A stretch of 64,000 nucleotides of DNA, from the NCBI GenBank assembly GCA_964016885.1, contig OZ024743.1, forward strand, positions 21,514,001 to 21,578,000, written 5' to 3'. This stretch comes from Eledone cirrhosa (taxonomy: Eukaryota). Made by a program: the position numbers and the translations under genes. Positions 12,401-25,500 of the stretch are shown one piece after another (position 1 is the stretch's first letter; each line of letters opens with the position of its first letter). The notes below the pieces were generated by a model, which saw only the letters and a list, made by a program, of their open reading frames with translations, was not told the DNA's origin and did not search any database.

Positions 12401-15400
12401 TATATTATAGTAAAAATACAGTGTTGGGCAGAGGTGAGAACACTATGGTAGCTGGATTATTAAACCATTTATATATAATAGTAAAAATACAGTGCTGGGT
12501 AGAGGTGAGAACACTATGGTAGCTGGATTATTAAACCATTTATATATAATAGTAAAAATACAGTGCTGGGTAGATGTGAGAACACTATGGTAGCTGGATT
12601 ATTAAACCATTTATATATAATAGTAAAAATACAGTGCTGGGCAGAGGTGAGAACACCATGGTAGCTGGATTATTAAACCATTTATATATAATAATTTCTA
12701 CTTTAGGATAAAAGGCCAGCAATTACCTAGTGCATTACTGGTACTTTATTTTATCGACCCCGTAAAGATGAAAGGCAAAGTCAACCTCGGCGGGTAGTAA
12801 AAATACAGTGCTGGGTAGAGGTGAGAACACTATGGTAGCTGGATTATTAAACCATTTATATATAATAGCAAAAATACAGTGCTGGGTAGAGGTGAGAACA
12901 CTATGGTAGCTGGATTATTAAACCATTTATATATAATAGTAAAAATACATTGCTGGGTAGAGGTGAGAACACTATGGTAGCTCGATTATTAAACCATTTA
13001 TATATAATAGTAAAAATACATTGCTGGGTAGAGGTGAGAACACTATGGTAGCTGGATCATTAAACCATTTATATATAATGGTAAACATAGAGTGCTGGGC
13101 AGAGGTGAGAACACTATGGTTGCTGGATTATTAAACCATTTATATATAATAGTAAAAATACAGTGCTGGGTAGAGGTGAGAACACTATGGTAGCTGGATT
13201 ATTAAACCATTTATATATAATAGTAAAAATACAGTGCTGGGTAGAGGTGAGAACACTATGGTAGCTGGATCATTAAACCATTTATATATAATAGTAAAAA
13301 TACAGTGCTGGGCAAAGGTGAGAACACTATGGTAGCTGGATTATTAAACCATTTATATATAATAGTAAAAATAGAGTTCTTTTCAGAGGGGAGAACACTA
13401 TGGTAGCTGGATTATTAAACCATTTATATATAATAGTAAAAATACAGTGTTGGGCAGAGGTGAGAACACTATGGTAGCTGGATTATTAAACGATTTATGT
13501 ATAATAGTAAAAATAGAGTGCTGGGCAGAGGTGAGAATACTATGGTAGCTGGATTATTAAACCATTTATATATAATAATTTCTACTTTAGGCACAAGGCC
13601 AGCAATTACCCAGTGCATTACTGGTACTTTATTTTATCGACCCCGTAAAGATGAAAGGGAAAGTCAACCTCGGCGGGTAGTAAAAGTACAGTGCTGGGTA
13701 GAGGTGAGAACACTATGGTAGCTGGATCATTAAACCATTTATATATAATAGTAAAAATACAGTGCTGGGCAGAGGTGAGAACACTATGTTTGCTGGATTA
13801 TTAAACCATTTATATATAATAGTAAAAATAGAGTGCTGGGTAGAGGTGAGAACACTATGGTAGCTGGATTATTAAACCATTTATATATAATAGTAAAAAT
13901 AGAGTGCTGGGCAGAGGTGAGAACACTATGTTTGCTGGATTATTAAACCATTTATATATAATAGTAAAAATAGAGTGCTGGGTAGAGGTGAGAACACTAT
14001 GTTTGCTGGATTATTAAACCATTTATATATAATAGTAAAAATACATTACTGGGCAGAGGTGAGAACACTATGGTAGCTGGATCATTAAACCATTTATATA
14101 TAATAGTAAACATAGAGTGCTGGGCAGAGGTGAGAACACTATGGTTGCTGGATTATTAAAGCATTTATATATAATAGTAAAAATAGAGTGCTGGGTAGAG
14201 GTGAGAACACTATGGTAGCTGGATTATTAAACCATTTATATATAATAGTAAAAATACAGTGCTAGGCAGAGGTGAGAACACTATGGTAGCTGGATTATTA
14301 AACCATTTATATATAATAGTAAAAATACAGTGCTGGGCAGAGGTGAGAACACTATGGTAGCTGGATTATTAAACCATTTATATATAATAGTAAAAATACA
14401 GTGCTGGGCAGAGGTGAGAACACTATGGTAGCTGGATTATTAAACCATTTATATATAATAGTAAAAATACAGTGCTGGGCAGAGGTGAGAACACTATGGT
14501 AGCTGGATTATTAAACCATTTATATATAATAGTAAAAATAGAGTGCTGGGCAGAGGTGAGAACACTATGGTAGCTGGATTATTAAACCATTTATATATAA
14601 TAGTAAAAATACAGTGCTGGGCAGAGGTGAGAACACTATGGTAGCTGGATTATTAAACCATTTATATATAATAGTAAAAATACAGTGCTGGGTAGAGGTG
14701 AGAACACTATGGTAGCAGGATTATTAAACCATTTATATATAATAGTAAACATACAGTGCTGGGCAGAGGTGAGAACACTATGGTAGCTGGATTATTAAAC
14801 CATTTATATATAATAGTAAAAATACAGTGCTGGGCAGAGGTGAGAACATTATGGTAGCTGGATTATTAAACCATTTATATATAATAGTAAAAATAGAGTG
14901 CTGGGCAGAGGTGAGAACACTGTGGTAGCTGGATTATTAAACCATTTATATATAATAATTTCTACTTTAGGCACAAGGCCAGCAATTACCCAGTGCATTA
15001 CTGGTACTTTATTTTATCGACCCCGTAAAGATGAAAGGCAAAGTCAACCTCGGCGGGTAGTAAAAGTACAGTGCTGGGTAGAGGTGAGAACACTATGGTA
15101 GCTGGATTATTAAAACATTTATATATTATAGTAAAAATACAGTGCTGGGCAGAGGTGAGAACACTATGGTAGCTGGATTATTAAACCATTTATATATGAT
15201 AGTAAAAATAGAGTGCTGGGTAGAGGTGAGAACACTATGGTATCTGGATTATTAAACCATTTATATATAATAGTAAAAATAGAGTTCTTTTCAGAGGGGA
15301 GAACACTATGGTAGCTGGATTATTAAACCATTTATATATAATAGTAAAAATACAGTGCTGGGTAGAGGTGAGAACACTATGGTACCTGGATCATTAAACC

Positions 15401-15910
15401 ATTTATATATAATAGTAAAAATACATTGCTGGGTAGAGGTGAGAACACTATGGTAGCTGGATCATTAAACCATTTATATATAATAGTAAAAATACAGTGC
15501 TGGGCAAAGGTGAGAACACTATGGTAGCTGGATTATTAAACCATTTATATATAATAGTAAAAATAGAGTGCTGGGCAGAGGTGAGAACACTGTGGTAGCT
15601 GGATTATTAAACCATTTATATATAATAGTAAAAATACAGTGCTGGGCAGAGGTGAGAACACTGTGGTAGCTGGATTATTAAACCATTTATATATAATAGT
15701 AAAAATAGAGTTCTTTTCAGAGGGAAGAACACTATGGTAGCTGGATTATTAAACCATTTATATATAATAGTAAAAATACAGTGCTGGGCAGAGGTGAGAA
15801 CACTGTGGTAGCTGGATTATTAAACCATTTATATATAATAGTAAAAATACAGTGCTGGGCAGAGGTGAGAACACTATGGTAGCTGGATTATTAAACCATT
15901 TATATATAAT

Positions 15911-17120
15911 AGTAAAAATAGAGTTCTTTTCAGAGGGAAGAACACTATGGTAGCTGGATTATTAAACCATTTATATATAATAGTAAAAATAGAGTGCTGG
16001 GTAGAGGTGAGAACACTATGGTATCTGGATTATTAAACCATTTATATATAATAGTAAAAATAGAGTTCTTTTCAGAGGGAAGAACACTATGGTAGCTGGA
16101 TTATTAAACCATTTATATATAATAGTAAAAATAGAGTGCTGGGTAGAGGTGAGAACACTATGGTATCTGGATTATTAAACCATTTATATATAATAGTAAA
16201 AATAGAGTTCTTTTCAGAGGGAAGAACACTATGGTAGCTGGATTATTAAACCATTTATATATAATAGTAAAAATAGAGTGCTGGGTAGAGGTGAGAACAC
16301 TATGGTATCTGGATTATTAAACCATTTATATATAATAGTAAAAATAGAGTTCTTTTCAGAGGGAAGAACACTATGGTAGCTGGATTATTAAACCATTTAT
16401 ATATAATAGTAAAAATAGAGTGCTGGGTAGAGGTGAGAACACTATGGTATCTGGATTATTAAACCATTTATATATAATAGTAAAAATAGAGTTCTTTTCA
16501 GAGGGAAGAACACTATGGTAGCTGGATTATTAAACCATTTATATATAATAGTAAAAATAGAGTGCTGGGTAGAGGTGAGAACACTATGGTATCTGGATTA
16601 TTAAACCATTTATATATAATAGTAAAAATAGAGTTCTTTTCAGAGGGAAGAACACTATGGTAGCTGGATTATTAAACCATTTATATATAATAGTAAAAAT
16701 AGAGTGCTGGGTAGAGGTGAGAACACTATTTTTACTATTATATATAAATGGTTTAATAATCCAGATACCATAGTGTTCTCACCTCTACCCAGCACTCTAT
16801 TTTTACTATTATATATAAATGGTTTAATAATCCAGCTACCATAGTGTTCTTCCCTCTGAAAAGAACTCTATTTTTACTATTATATATAAATGGTTTAATA
16901 ATCCAGATACCATAGAGTTCTTTTCAGAGGGAAGAACACTATGGTAGCTGGATTATTAAACCATTTATATATAATAGTAAAAATAGAGTGCTGGGTAGAG
17001 GTGAGAATACTATGGTATCTGGATTATTAAACCATTTATATATAATAGTAAAAATAGAGTTCTTTTCAGAGGGGAGAACACTATGGTAGCTGGATTATTA
17101 AACCATTTATATATAATAGT
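15911..17120 (+). repeat. 142-bp dimeric higher-order repeat (also ~21570-22780; shorter at ~10390-10810)
   Basis: GAGTTCTTTTCAGAGGGAAG..GGTAGCT monomers alternate strictly with GAGTGCTGGGTAGAGGTGAG..GGTATCT monomers. The tract contains the inversion. Confidence 0.9.
16726..16915 (-). repeat. 190-bp inverted satellite segment (copy 1)
   Basis: The sequence switches to the reverse complement (CTATTTTTACTATTATATATAAATGGTTT...CCAGATACCATAG) and then returns to the forward orientation. Confidence 0.97.
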
Positions 17121-20100
17121 AAAAATACAGTGCTGGGTAGAGGTGAGAACACTATGGTACCTGGATCATTAAACCATTTATATATAATAGTAAAAATACA
17201 TTGCTGGGTAGAGGTGAGAACACTATGGTAGCTGGATCATTAAACCATTTATATATAATAGTAAAAATACAGTGCTGGGCAAAGTTGAGAACACTATGGT
17301 AGCTGGATTATTAAACCATTTATATATAATAGTAAAAATAGAGTTCTTTTCAGAGGGAAGAACACTATGGTAGCTGGATTATTAAACCATTTATATATAA
17401 TAGTAAAAATACAGTGCTGGGCAGAGGTGAGAACACTGTGGTAGCTGGATTATTAAACCATTTATATATAATAGTAAAAATACAGTGCTGGGCAGAGGTG
17501 AGAACACTATGGTAGCTGGATTATTAAACCATTTATATATAATAATTTCTACTTTAGGCACAAGGCCAGCAATTACCTAGTGCATTACTGGTACTTTATT
17601 TTATCGACCCCGTAAAGATGAAAGGCAAAGTCAACCTCGGCGGGTAGTAAAAATACAGTGCTGGGTAGAGGTGAGAACACTATGGTAGCTGGATTATTAA
17701 ACCATTTATATATAATAGTAAAAATACAGTGCTGGGCAGAGGTGAGAACACTATGGTTGCTGGATTATTAAACCATTTATATATAATAGTAAAAATACAG
17801 TGCTGGGTAGAGGTGAGAACACTATGGTAGCTGGATTATTAAACCATTTATATATAATAGTAAAAATAGAGCGCTGGGCAGAGGTGAGAACACTATGGTA
17901 GCTGGATTATTAAACCATTTATATATAATAGGAAAAATACAGTGCTGGGTAGAGGTGAGAACACTATAGTAGCTGGATTATTAAACCATTTATATATAAT
18001 AGTAAAAATACATTGCTGGGTAGAGGTGAGAACACTATGGTAGCTGGATCATTAAACCATTTATATATAATAGTAAACATAGAGTGCTGGGCGGAGGTGA
18101 GAACACTATGGTAGCTGGATTATTAAACCATTTATATATAATGGTAAAAATACAGTGCTGGGCAAAGGTGAGAACACTATGGTAGCTGGATTATTAAACC
18201 ATTTATATATAATAGTAAAAATACAGTGCTGGGCAGAGGTGAGAACACTATGGTAGCTGGATTATTAAACCATTTATATATGATAGTAAAAATAGAGTGC
18301 TGGGCAGATGTGAGAAAACTATGGTATCTGGATTATTAATCCATTTATATATAATAGTAAAAATAGAGTTCTTTTCAGAGGGGAGAACACTATGGTAGCT
18401 GGATTATTAAACCATTTATATATAATAGTAAAAATACAGTGCTGGGTAGAGGTGAGAACACTATGGTAGCTGGATTATTAAAACATTTATATATTATAGT
18501 AAAAATACAGTGTTGGGCAGAGGTGAGAACACTATGGTAGCTGGATTATTAAACCATTTATATATAATAGTAAAAATACAGTGCTGGGTAGAGGTGAGAA
18601 CACTATGGTAGCTGGATTATTAAACCATTTATATATAATAGTAAAAATACAGTGCTGGGTAGATGTGAGAACACTATGGTAGCTGGATTATTAAACCATT
18701 TATATATAATAATTTCTACTTTAGGATAAAAGGCCAGCAATTACCTAGTGCATTACTGGTACTTTATTTTATCGACCCCGTAAAGATGAAAGGCAAAGTC
18801 AACCTCGGCGGGTAGTAAAAATACAGTGCTGGGTAGAGGTGAGAACACTATGGTAGCTGGATTATTAAACCATTTATATATAATAGTAAAAATACAGTGC
18901 TGGGTAGAGGTGAGAACACTATGGTAGCTGGATCATTAAACCATTTATATATAATAGTAAAAATACAGTGCTGGGCAAAGGTGAGAACACTATGGTAGCT
19001 GGATTATTAAACCATTTATATATAATAGTAAAAATAGAGTTCTTTTCAGAGGGGAGAACACTATGGTAGCTGGATTATTAAACCATTTATATATAATAGT
19101 AAAAATACAGTGTTGGGCAGAGGTGAGAACACTATGGTAGCTGGATTATTAAACGATTTATGTATAATAGTAAAAATAGAGTGCTGGGCAGAGGTGAGAA
19201 TACTATGGTAGCTGGATTATTAAACCATTTATATATAATAATTTCTACTTTAGGCACAAGGCCAGCAATTACCCAGTGCATTACTGGTACTTTATTTTAT
19301 CGACCCCGTAAAGATGAAAGGGAAAGTCAACCTCGGCGGGTAGTAAAAGTACAGTGCTGGGTAGAGGTGAGAACACTATGGTAGCTGGATCATTAAACCA
19401 TTTATATATAATAGTAAAAATACAGTGCTGGGCAGAGGTGAGAACACTATGTTTGCTGGATTATTAAACCATTTATATATAATAGTAAAAATAGAGTGCT
19501 GGGTAGAGGTGAGAACACTATGGTAGCTGGATTATTAAACCATTTATATATAATAGTAAAAATAGAGTGCTGGGCAGAGGTGAGAACACTATGTTTGCTG
19601 GATTATTAAACCATTTATATATAATAGTAAAAATAGAGTGCTGGGTAGAGGTGAGAACACTATGTTTGCTGGATTATTAAACCATTTATATATAATAGTA
19701 AAAATACATTACTGGGCAGAGGTGAGAACACTATGGTAGCTGGATCATTAAACCATTTATATATAATAGTAAACATAGAGTGCTGGGCAGAGGTGAGAAC
19801 ACTATGGTTGCTGGATTATTAAAGCATTTATATATAATAGTAAAAATAGAGTGCTGGGTAGAGGTGAGAACACTATGGTAGCTGGATTATTAAACCATTT
19901 ATATATAATAGTAAAAATACAGTGCTAGGCAGAGGTGAGAACACTATGGTAGCTGGATTATTAAACCATTTATATATAATAGTAAAAATACAGTGCTGGG
20001 CAGAGGTGAGAACACTATGGTAGCTGGATTATTAAACCATTTATATATAATAGTAAAAATACAGTGCTGGGCAGAGGTGAGAACACTATGGTAGCTGGAT

Positions 20101-22388
20101 TATTAAACCATTTATATATAATAGTAAAAATACAGTGCTGGGCAGAGGTGAGAACACTATGGTAGCTGGATTATTAAACCATTTATATATAATAGTAAAA
20201 ATAGAGTGCTGGGCAGAGGTGAGAACACTATGGTAGCTGGATTATTAAACCATTTATATATAATAGTAAAAATACAGTGCTGGGCAGAGGTGAGAACACT
20301 ATGGTAGCTGGATTATTAAACCATTTATATATAATAGTAAAAATACAGTGCTGGGTAGAGGTGAGAACACTATGGTAGCAGGATTATTAAACCATTTATA
20401 TATAATAGTAAACATACAGTGCTGGGCAGAGGTGAGAACACTATGGTAGCTGGATTATTAAACCATTTATATATAATAGTAAAAATACAGTGCTGGGCAG
20501 AGGTGAGAACATTATGGTAGCTGGATTATTAAACCATTTATATATAATAGTAAAAATAGAGTGCTGGGCAGAGGTGAGAACACTGTGGTAGCTGGATTAT
20601 TAAACCATTTATATATAATAATTTCTACTTTAGGCACAAGGCCAGCAATTACCCAGTGCATTACTGGTACTTTATTTTATCGACCCCGTAAAGATGAAAG
20701 GCAAAGTCAACCTCGGCGGGTAGTAAAAGTACAGTGCTGGGTAGAGGTGAGAACACTATGGTAGCTGGATTATTAAAACATTTATATATTATAGTAAAAA
20801 TACAGTGCTGGGCAGAGGTGAGAACACTATGGTAGCTGGATTATTAAACCATTTATATATGATAGTAAAAATAGAGTGCTGGGTAGAGGTGAGAACACTA
20901 TGGTATCTGGATTATTAAACCATTTATATATAATAGTAAAAATAGAGTTCTTTTCAGAGGGGAGAACACTATGGTAGCTGGATTATTAAACCATTTATAT
21001 ATAATAGTAAAAATACAGTGCTGGGTAGAGGTGAGAACACTATGGTACCTGGATCATTAAACCATTTATATATAATAGTAAAAATACATTGCTGGGTAGA
21101 GGTGAGAACACTATGGTAGCTGGATCATTAAACCATTTATATATAATAGTAAAAATACAGTGCTGGGCAAAGGTGAGAACACTATGGTAGCTGGATTATT
21201 AAACCATTTATATATAATAGTAAAAATAGAGTGCTGGGCAGAGGTGAGAACACTGTGGTAGCTGGATTATTAAACCATTTATATATAATAGTAAAAATAC
21301 AGTGCTGGGCAGAGGTGAGAACACTGTGGTAGCTGGATTATTAAACCATTTATATATAATAGTAAAAATAGAGTTCTTTTCAGAGGGAAGAACACTATGG
21401 TAGCTGGATTATTAAACCATTTATATATAATAGTAAAAATACAGTGCTGGGCAGAGGTGAGAACACTGTGGTAGCTGGATTATTAAACCATTTATATATA
21501 ATAGTAAAAATACAGTGCTGGGCAGAGGTGAGAACACTATGGTAGCTGGATTATTAAACCATTTATATATAATAGTAAAAATAGAGTTCTTTTCAGAGGG
21601 AAGAACACTATGGTAGCTGGATTATTAAACCATTTATATATAATAGTAAAAATAGAGTGCTGGGTAGAGGTGAGAACACTATGGTATCTGGATTATTAAA
21701 CCATTTATATATAATAGTAAAAATAGAGTTCTTTTCAGAGGGAAGAACACTATGGTAGCTGGATTATTAAACCATTTATATATAATAGTAAAAATAGAGT
21801 GCTGGGTAGAGGTGAGAACACTATGGTATCTGGATTATTAAACCATTTATATATAATAGTAAAAATAGAGTTCTTTTCAGAGGGAAGAACACTATGGTAG
21901 CTGGATTATTAAACCATTTATATATAATAGTAAAAATAGAGTGCTGGGTAGAGGTGAGAACACTATGGTATCTGGATTATTAAACCATTTATATATAATA
22001 GTAAAAATAGAGTTCTTTTCAGAGGGAAGAACACTATGGTAGCTGGATTATTAAACCATTTATATATAATAGTAAAAATAGAGTGCTGGGTAGAGGTGAG
22101 AACACTATGGTATCTGGATTATTAAACCATTTATATATAATAGTAAAAATAGAGTTCTTTTCAGAGGGAAGAACACTATGGTAGCTGGATTATTAAACCA
22201 TTTATATATAATAGTAAAAATAGAGTGCTGGGTAGAGGTGAGAACACTATGGTATCTGGATTATTAAACCATTTATATATAATAGTAAAAATAGAGTTCT
22301 TTTCAGAGGGAAGAACACTATGGTAGCTGGATTATTAAACCATTTATATATAATAGTAAAAATAGAGTGCTGGGTAGAGGTGAGAACA

Positions 22389-22578
22389 CTATTTTTACTA
22401 TTATATATAAATGGTTTAATAATCCAGATACCATAGTGTTCTCACCTCTACCCAGCACTCTATTTTTACTATTATATATAAATGGTTTAATAATCCAGCT
22501 ACCATAGTGTTCTTCCCTCTGAAAAGAACTCTATTTTTACTATTATATATAAATGGTTTAATAATCCAGATACCATAG
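22389..22578 (-). repeat. 190-bp inverted satellite segment (copy 2)
   Basis: It has the same sequence and junctions as 16726-16915 and lies 5,663 bp downstream. Confidence 0.97.
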
Positions 22579-25500
22579 AGTTCTTTTCAGAGGGAAGAAC
22601 ACTATGGTAGCTGGATTATTAAACCATTTATATATAATAGTAAAAATAGAGTGCTGGGTAGAGGTGAGAATACTATGGTATCTGGATTATTAAACCATTT
22701 ATATATAATAGTAAAAATAGAGTTCTTTTCAGAGGGGAGAACACTATGGTAGCTGGATTATTAAACCATTTATATATAATAGTAAAAATACAGTGCTGGG
22801 TAGAGGTGAGAACACTATGGTACCTGGATCATTAAACCATTTATATATAATAGTAAAAATACATTGCTGGGTAGAGGTGAGAACACTATGGTAGCTGGAT
22901 CATTAAACCATTTATATATAATAGTAAAAATACAGTGCTGGGCAAAGTTGAGAACACTATGGTAGCTGGATTATTAAACCATTTATATATAATAGTAAAA
23001 ATAGAGTTCTTTTCAGAGGGAAGAACACTATGGTAGCTGGATTATTAAACCATTTATATATAATAGTAAAAATACAGTGCTGGGCAGAGGTGAGAACACT
23101 GTGGTAGCTGGATTATTAAACCATTTATATATAATAGTAAAAATACAGTGCTGGGCAGAGGTGAGAACACTATGGTAGCTGGATTATTAAACCATTTATA
23201 TATAATAATTTCTACTTTAGGCACAAGGCCAGCAATTACCTAGTGCATTACTGGTACTTTATTTTATCGACCCCGTAAAGATGAAAGGCAAAGTCAACCT
23301 CGGCGGGTAGTAAAAATACAGTGCTGGGTAGAGGTGAGAACACTATGGTAGCTGGATTATTAAACCATTTATATATAATAGTAAAAATACAGTGCTGGGC
23401 AGAGGTGAGAACACTATGGTTGCTGGATTATTAAACCATTTATATATAATAGTAAAAATACAGTGCTGGGTAGAGGTGAGAACACTATGGTAGCTGGATT
23501 ATTAAACCATTTATATATAATAGTAAAAATAGAGCGCTGGGCAGAGGTGAGAACACTATGGTAGCTGGATTATTAAACCATTTATATATAATAGGAAAAA
23601 TACAGTGCTGGGTAGAGGTGAGAACACTATAGTAGCTGGATTATTAAACCATTTATATATAATAGTAAAAATACATTGCTGGGTAGAGGTGAGAACACTA
23701 TGGTAGCTGGATCATTAAACCATTTATATATAATAGTAAACATAGAGTGCTGGGCGGAGGTGAGAACACTATGGTAGCTGGATTATTAAACCATTTATAT
23801 ATAATGGTAAAAATACAGTGCTGGGCAAAGGTGAGAACACTATGGTAGCTGGATTATTAAACCATTTATATATAATAGTAAAAATACAGTGCTGGGCAGA
23901 GGTGAGAACACTATGGTAGCTGGATTATTAAACCATTTATATATGATAGTAAAAATAGAGTGCTGGGCAGATGTGAGAAAACTATGGTATCTGGATTATT
24001 AATCCATTTATATATAATAGTAAAAATAGAGTTCTTTTCAGAGGGGAGAACACTATGGTAGCTGGATTATTAAACCATTTATATATAATAGTAAAAATAC
24101 AGTGCTGGGTAGAGGTGAGAACACTATGGTAGCTGGATTATTAAAACATTTATATATTATAGTAAAAATACAGTGTTGGGCAGAGGTGAGAACACTATGG
24201 TAGCTGGATTATTAAACCATTTATATATAATAGTAAAAATACAGTGCTGGGTAGAGGTGAGAACACTATGGTAGCTGGATTATTAAACCATTTATATATA
24301 ATAGTAAAAATACAGTGCTGGGTAGATGTGAGAACACTATGGTAGCTGGATTATTAAACCATTTATATATAATAATTTCTACTTTAGGATAAAAGGCCAG
24401 CAATTACCTAGTGCATTACTGGTACTTTATTTTATCGACCCCGTAAAGATGAAAGGCAAAGTCAACCTCGGCGGGTAGTAAAAATACAGTGCTGGGTAGA
24501 GGTGAGAACACTATGGTAGCTGGATTATTAAACCATTTATATATAATAGTAAAAATACAGTGCTGGGCAGAGGTGAGAACACTATGGTTGCTGGATTATT
24601 AAACCATTTATATATAATAGTAAAAATACAGTGCTGGGTAGAGGTGAGAACACTATGGTAGCTGGATTATTAAACCATTTATATATAATAGTAAAAATAC
24701 ATTGCTGGGTAGAGGTGAGAACACTATGGTAGCTCGATTATTAAACCATTTATATATAATAGTAAAAATACATTGCTGGGTAGAGGTGAGAACACTATGG
24801 TAGCTGGATCATTAAACCATTTATATATAATGGTAAACATAGAGTGCTGGGCAGAGGTGAGAACACTATGGTTGCTGGATTATTAAACCATTTATATATA
24901 ATAGTAAAAATACAGTGCTGGGTAGAGGTGAGAACACTATGGTAGCTGGATTATTAAACCATTTATATATAATAGTAAAAATACAGTGCTGGGTAGAGGT
25001 GAGAACACTATGGTAGCTGGATCATTAAACCATTTATATATAATAGTAAAAATACAGTGCTGGGCAAAGGTGAGAACACTATGGTAGCTGGATTATTAAA
25101 CCATTTATATATAATAGTAAAAATAGAGTTCTTTTCAGAGGGGAGAACACTATGGTAGCTGGATTATTAAACCATTTATATATAATAGTAAAAATACAGT
25201 GTTGGGCAGAGGTGAGAACACTATGGTAGCTGGATTATTAAACGATTTATATATAATAGTAAAAATAGAGTGCTGGGCAGAGGTGAGAATACTATGGTAG
25301 CTGGATTATTAAACCATTTATATATAATAATTTCTACTTTAGGCACAAGGCCAGCAATTACCCAGTGCATTACTGGTACTTTATTTTATCGACCCCGTAA
25401 AGATGAAAGGGAAAGTCAACCTCGGCGGGTAGTAAAAGTACAGTGCTGGGTAGAGGTGAGAACACTATGGTAGCTGGATCATTAAACCATTTATATATAA

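Larger units (their letters stand above)
13151..24476 (+). repeat. 5,663-bp tandem duplication (two copies: ~13151-18813 and ~18814-24476)
   Basis: A constant 5,663 offset links the SINE fragments (13577/19240, 14957/20620, 17544/23207, 18711/24374), the inversions (16726/22389) and rare variants (CGATTTATGTATAAT, CAAAGTTGAG). 5,663 = 74 x 71 + 409 bp of inserts. Confidence 0.93.

Noticed and set aside
16726-22578. Recombinase-controlled invertible switch, or MITE with terminal inverted repeats
   Set aside because: The inverted segment is pure satellite with no TSD and no recombinase gene nearby. The second copy is explained by the 5,663-bp duplication.
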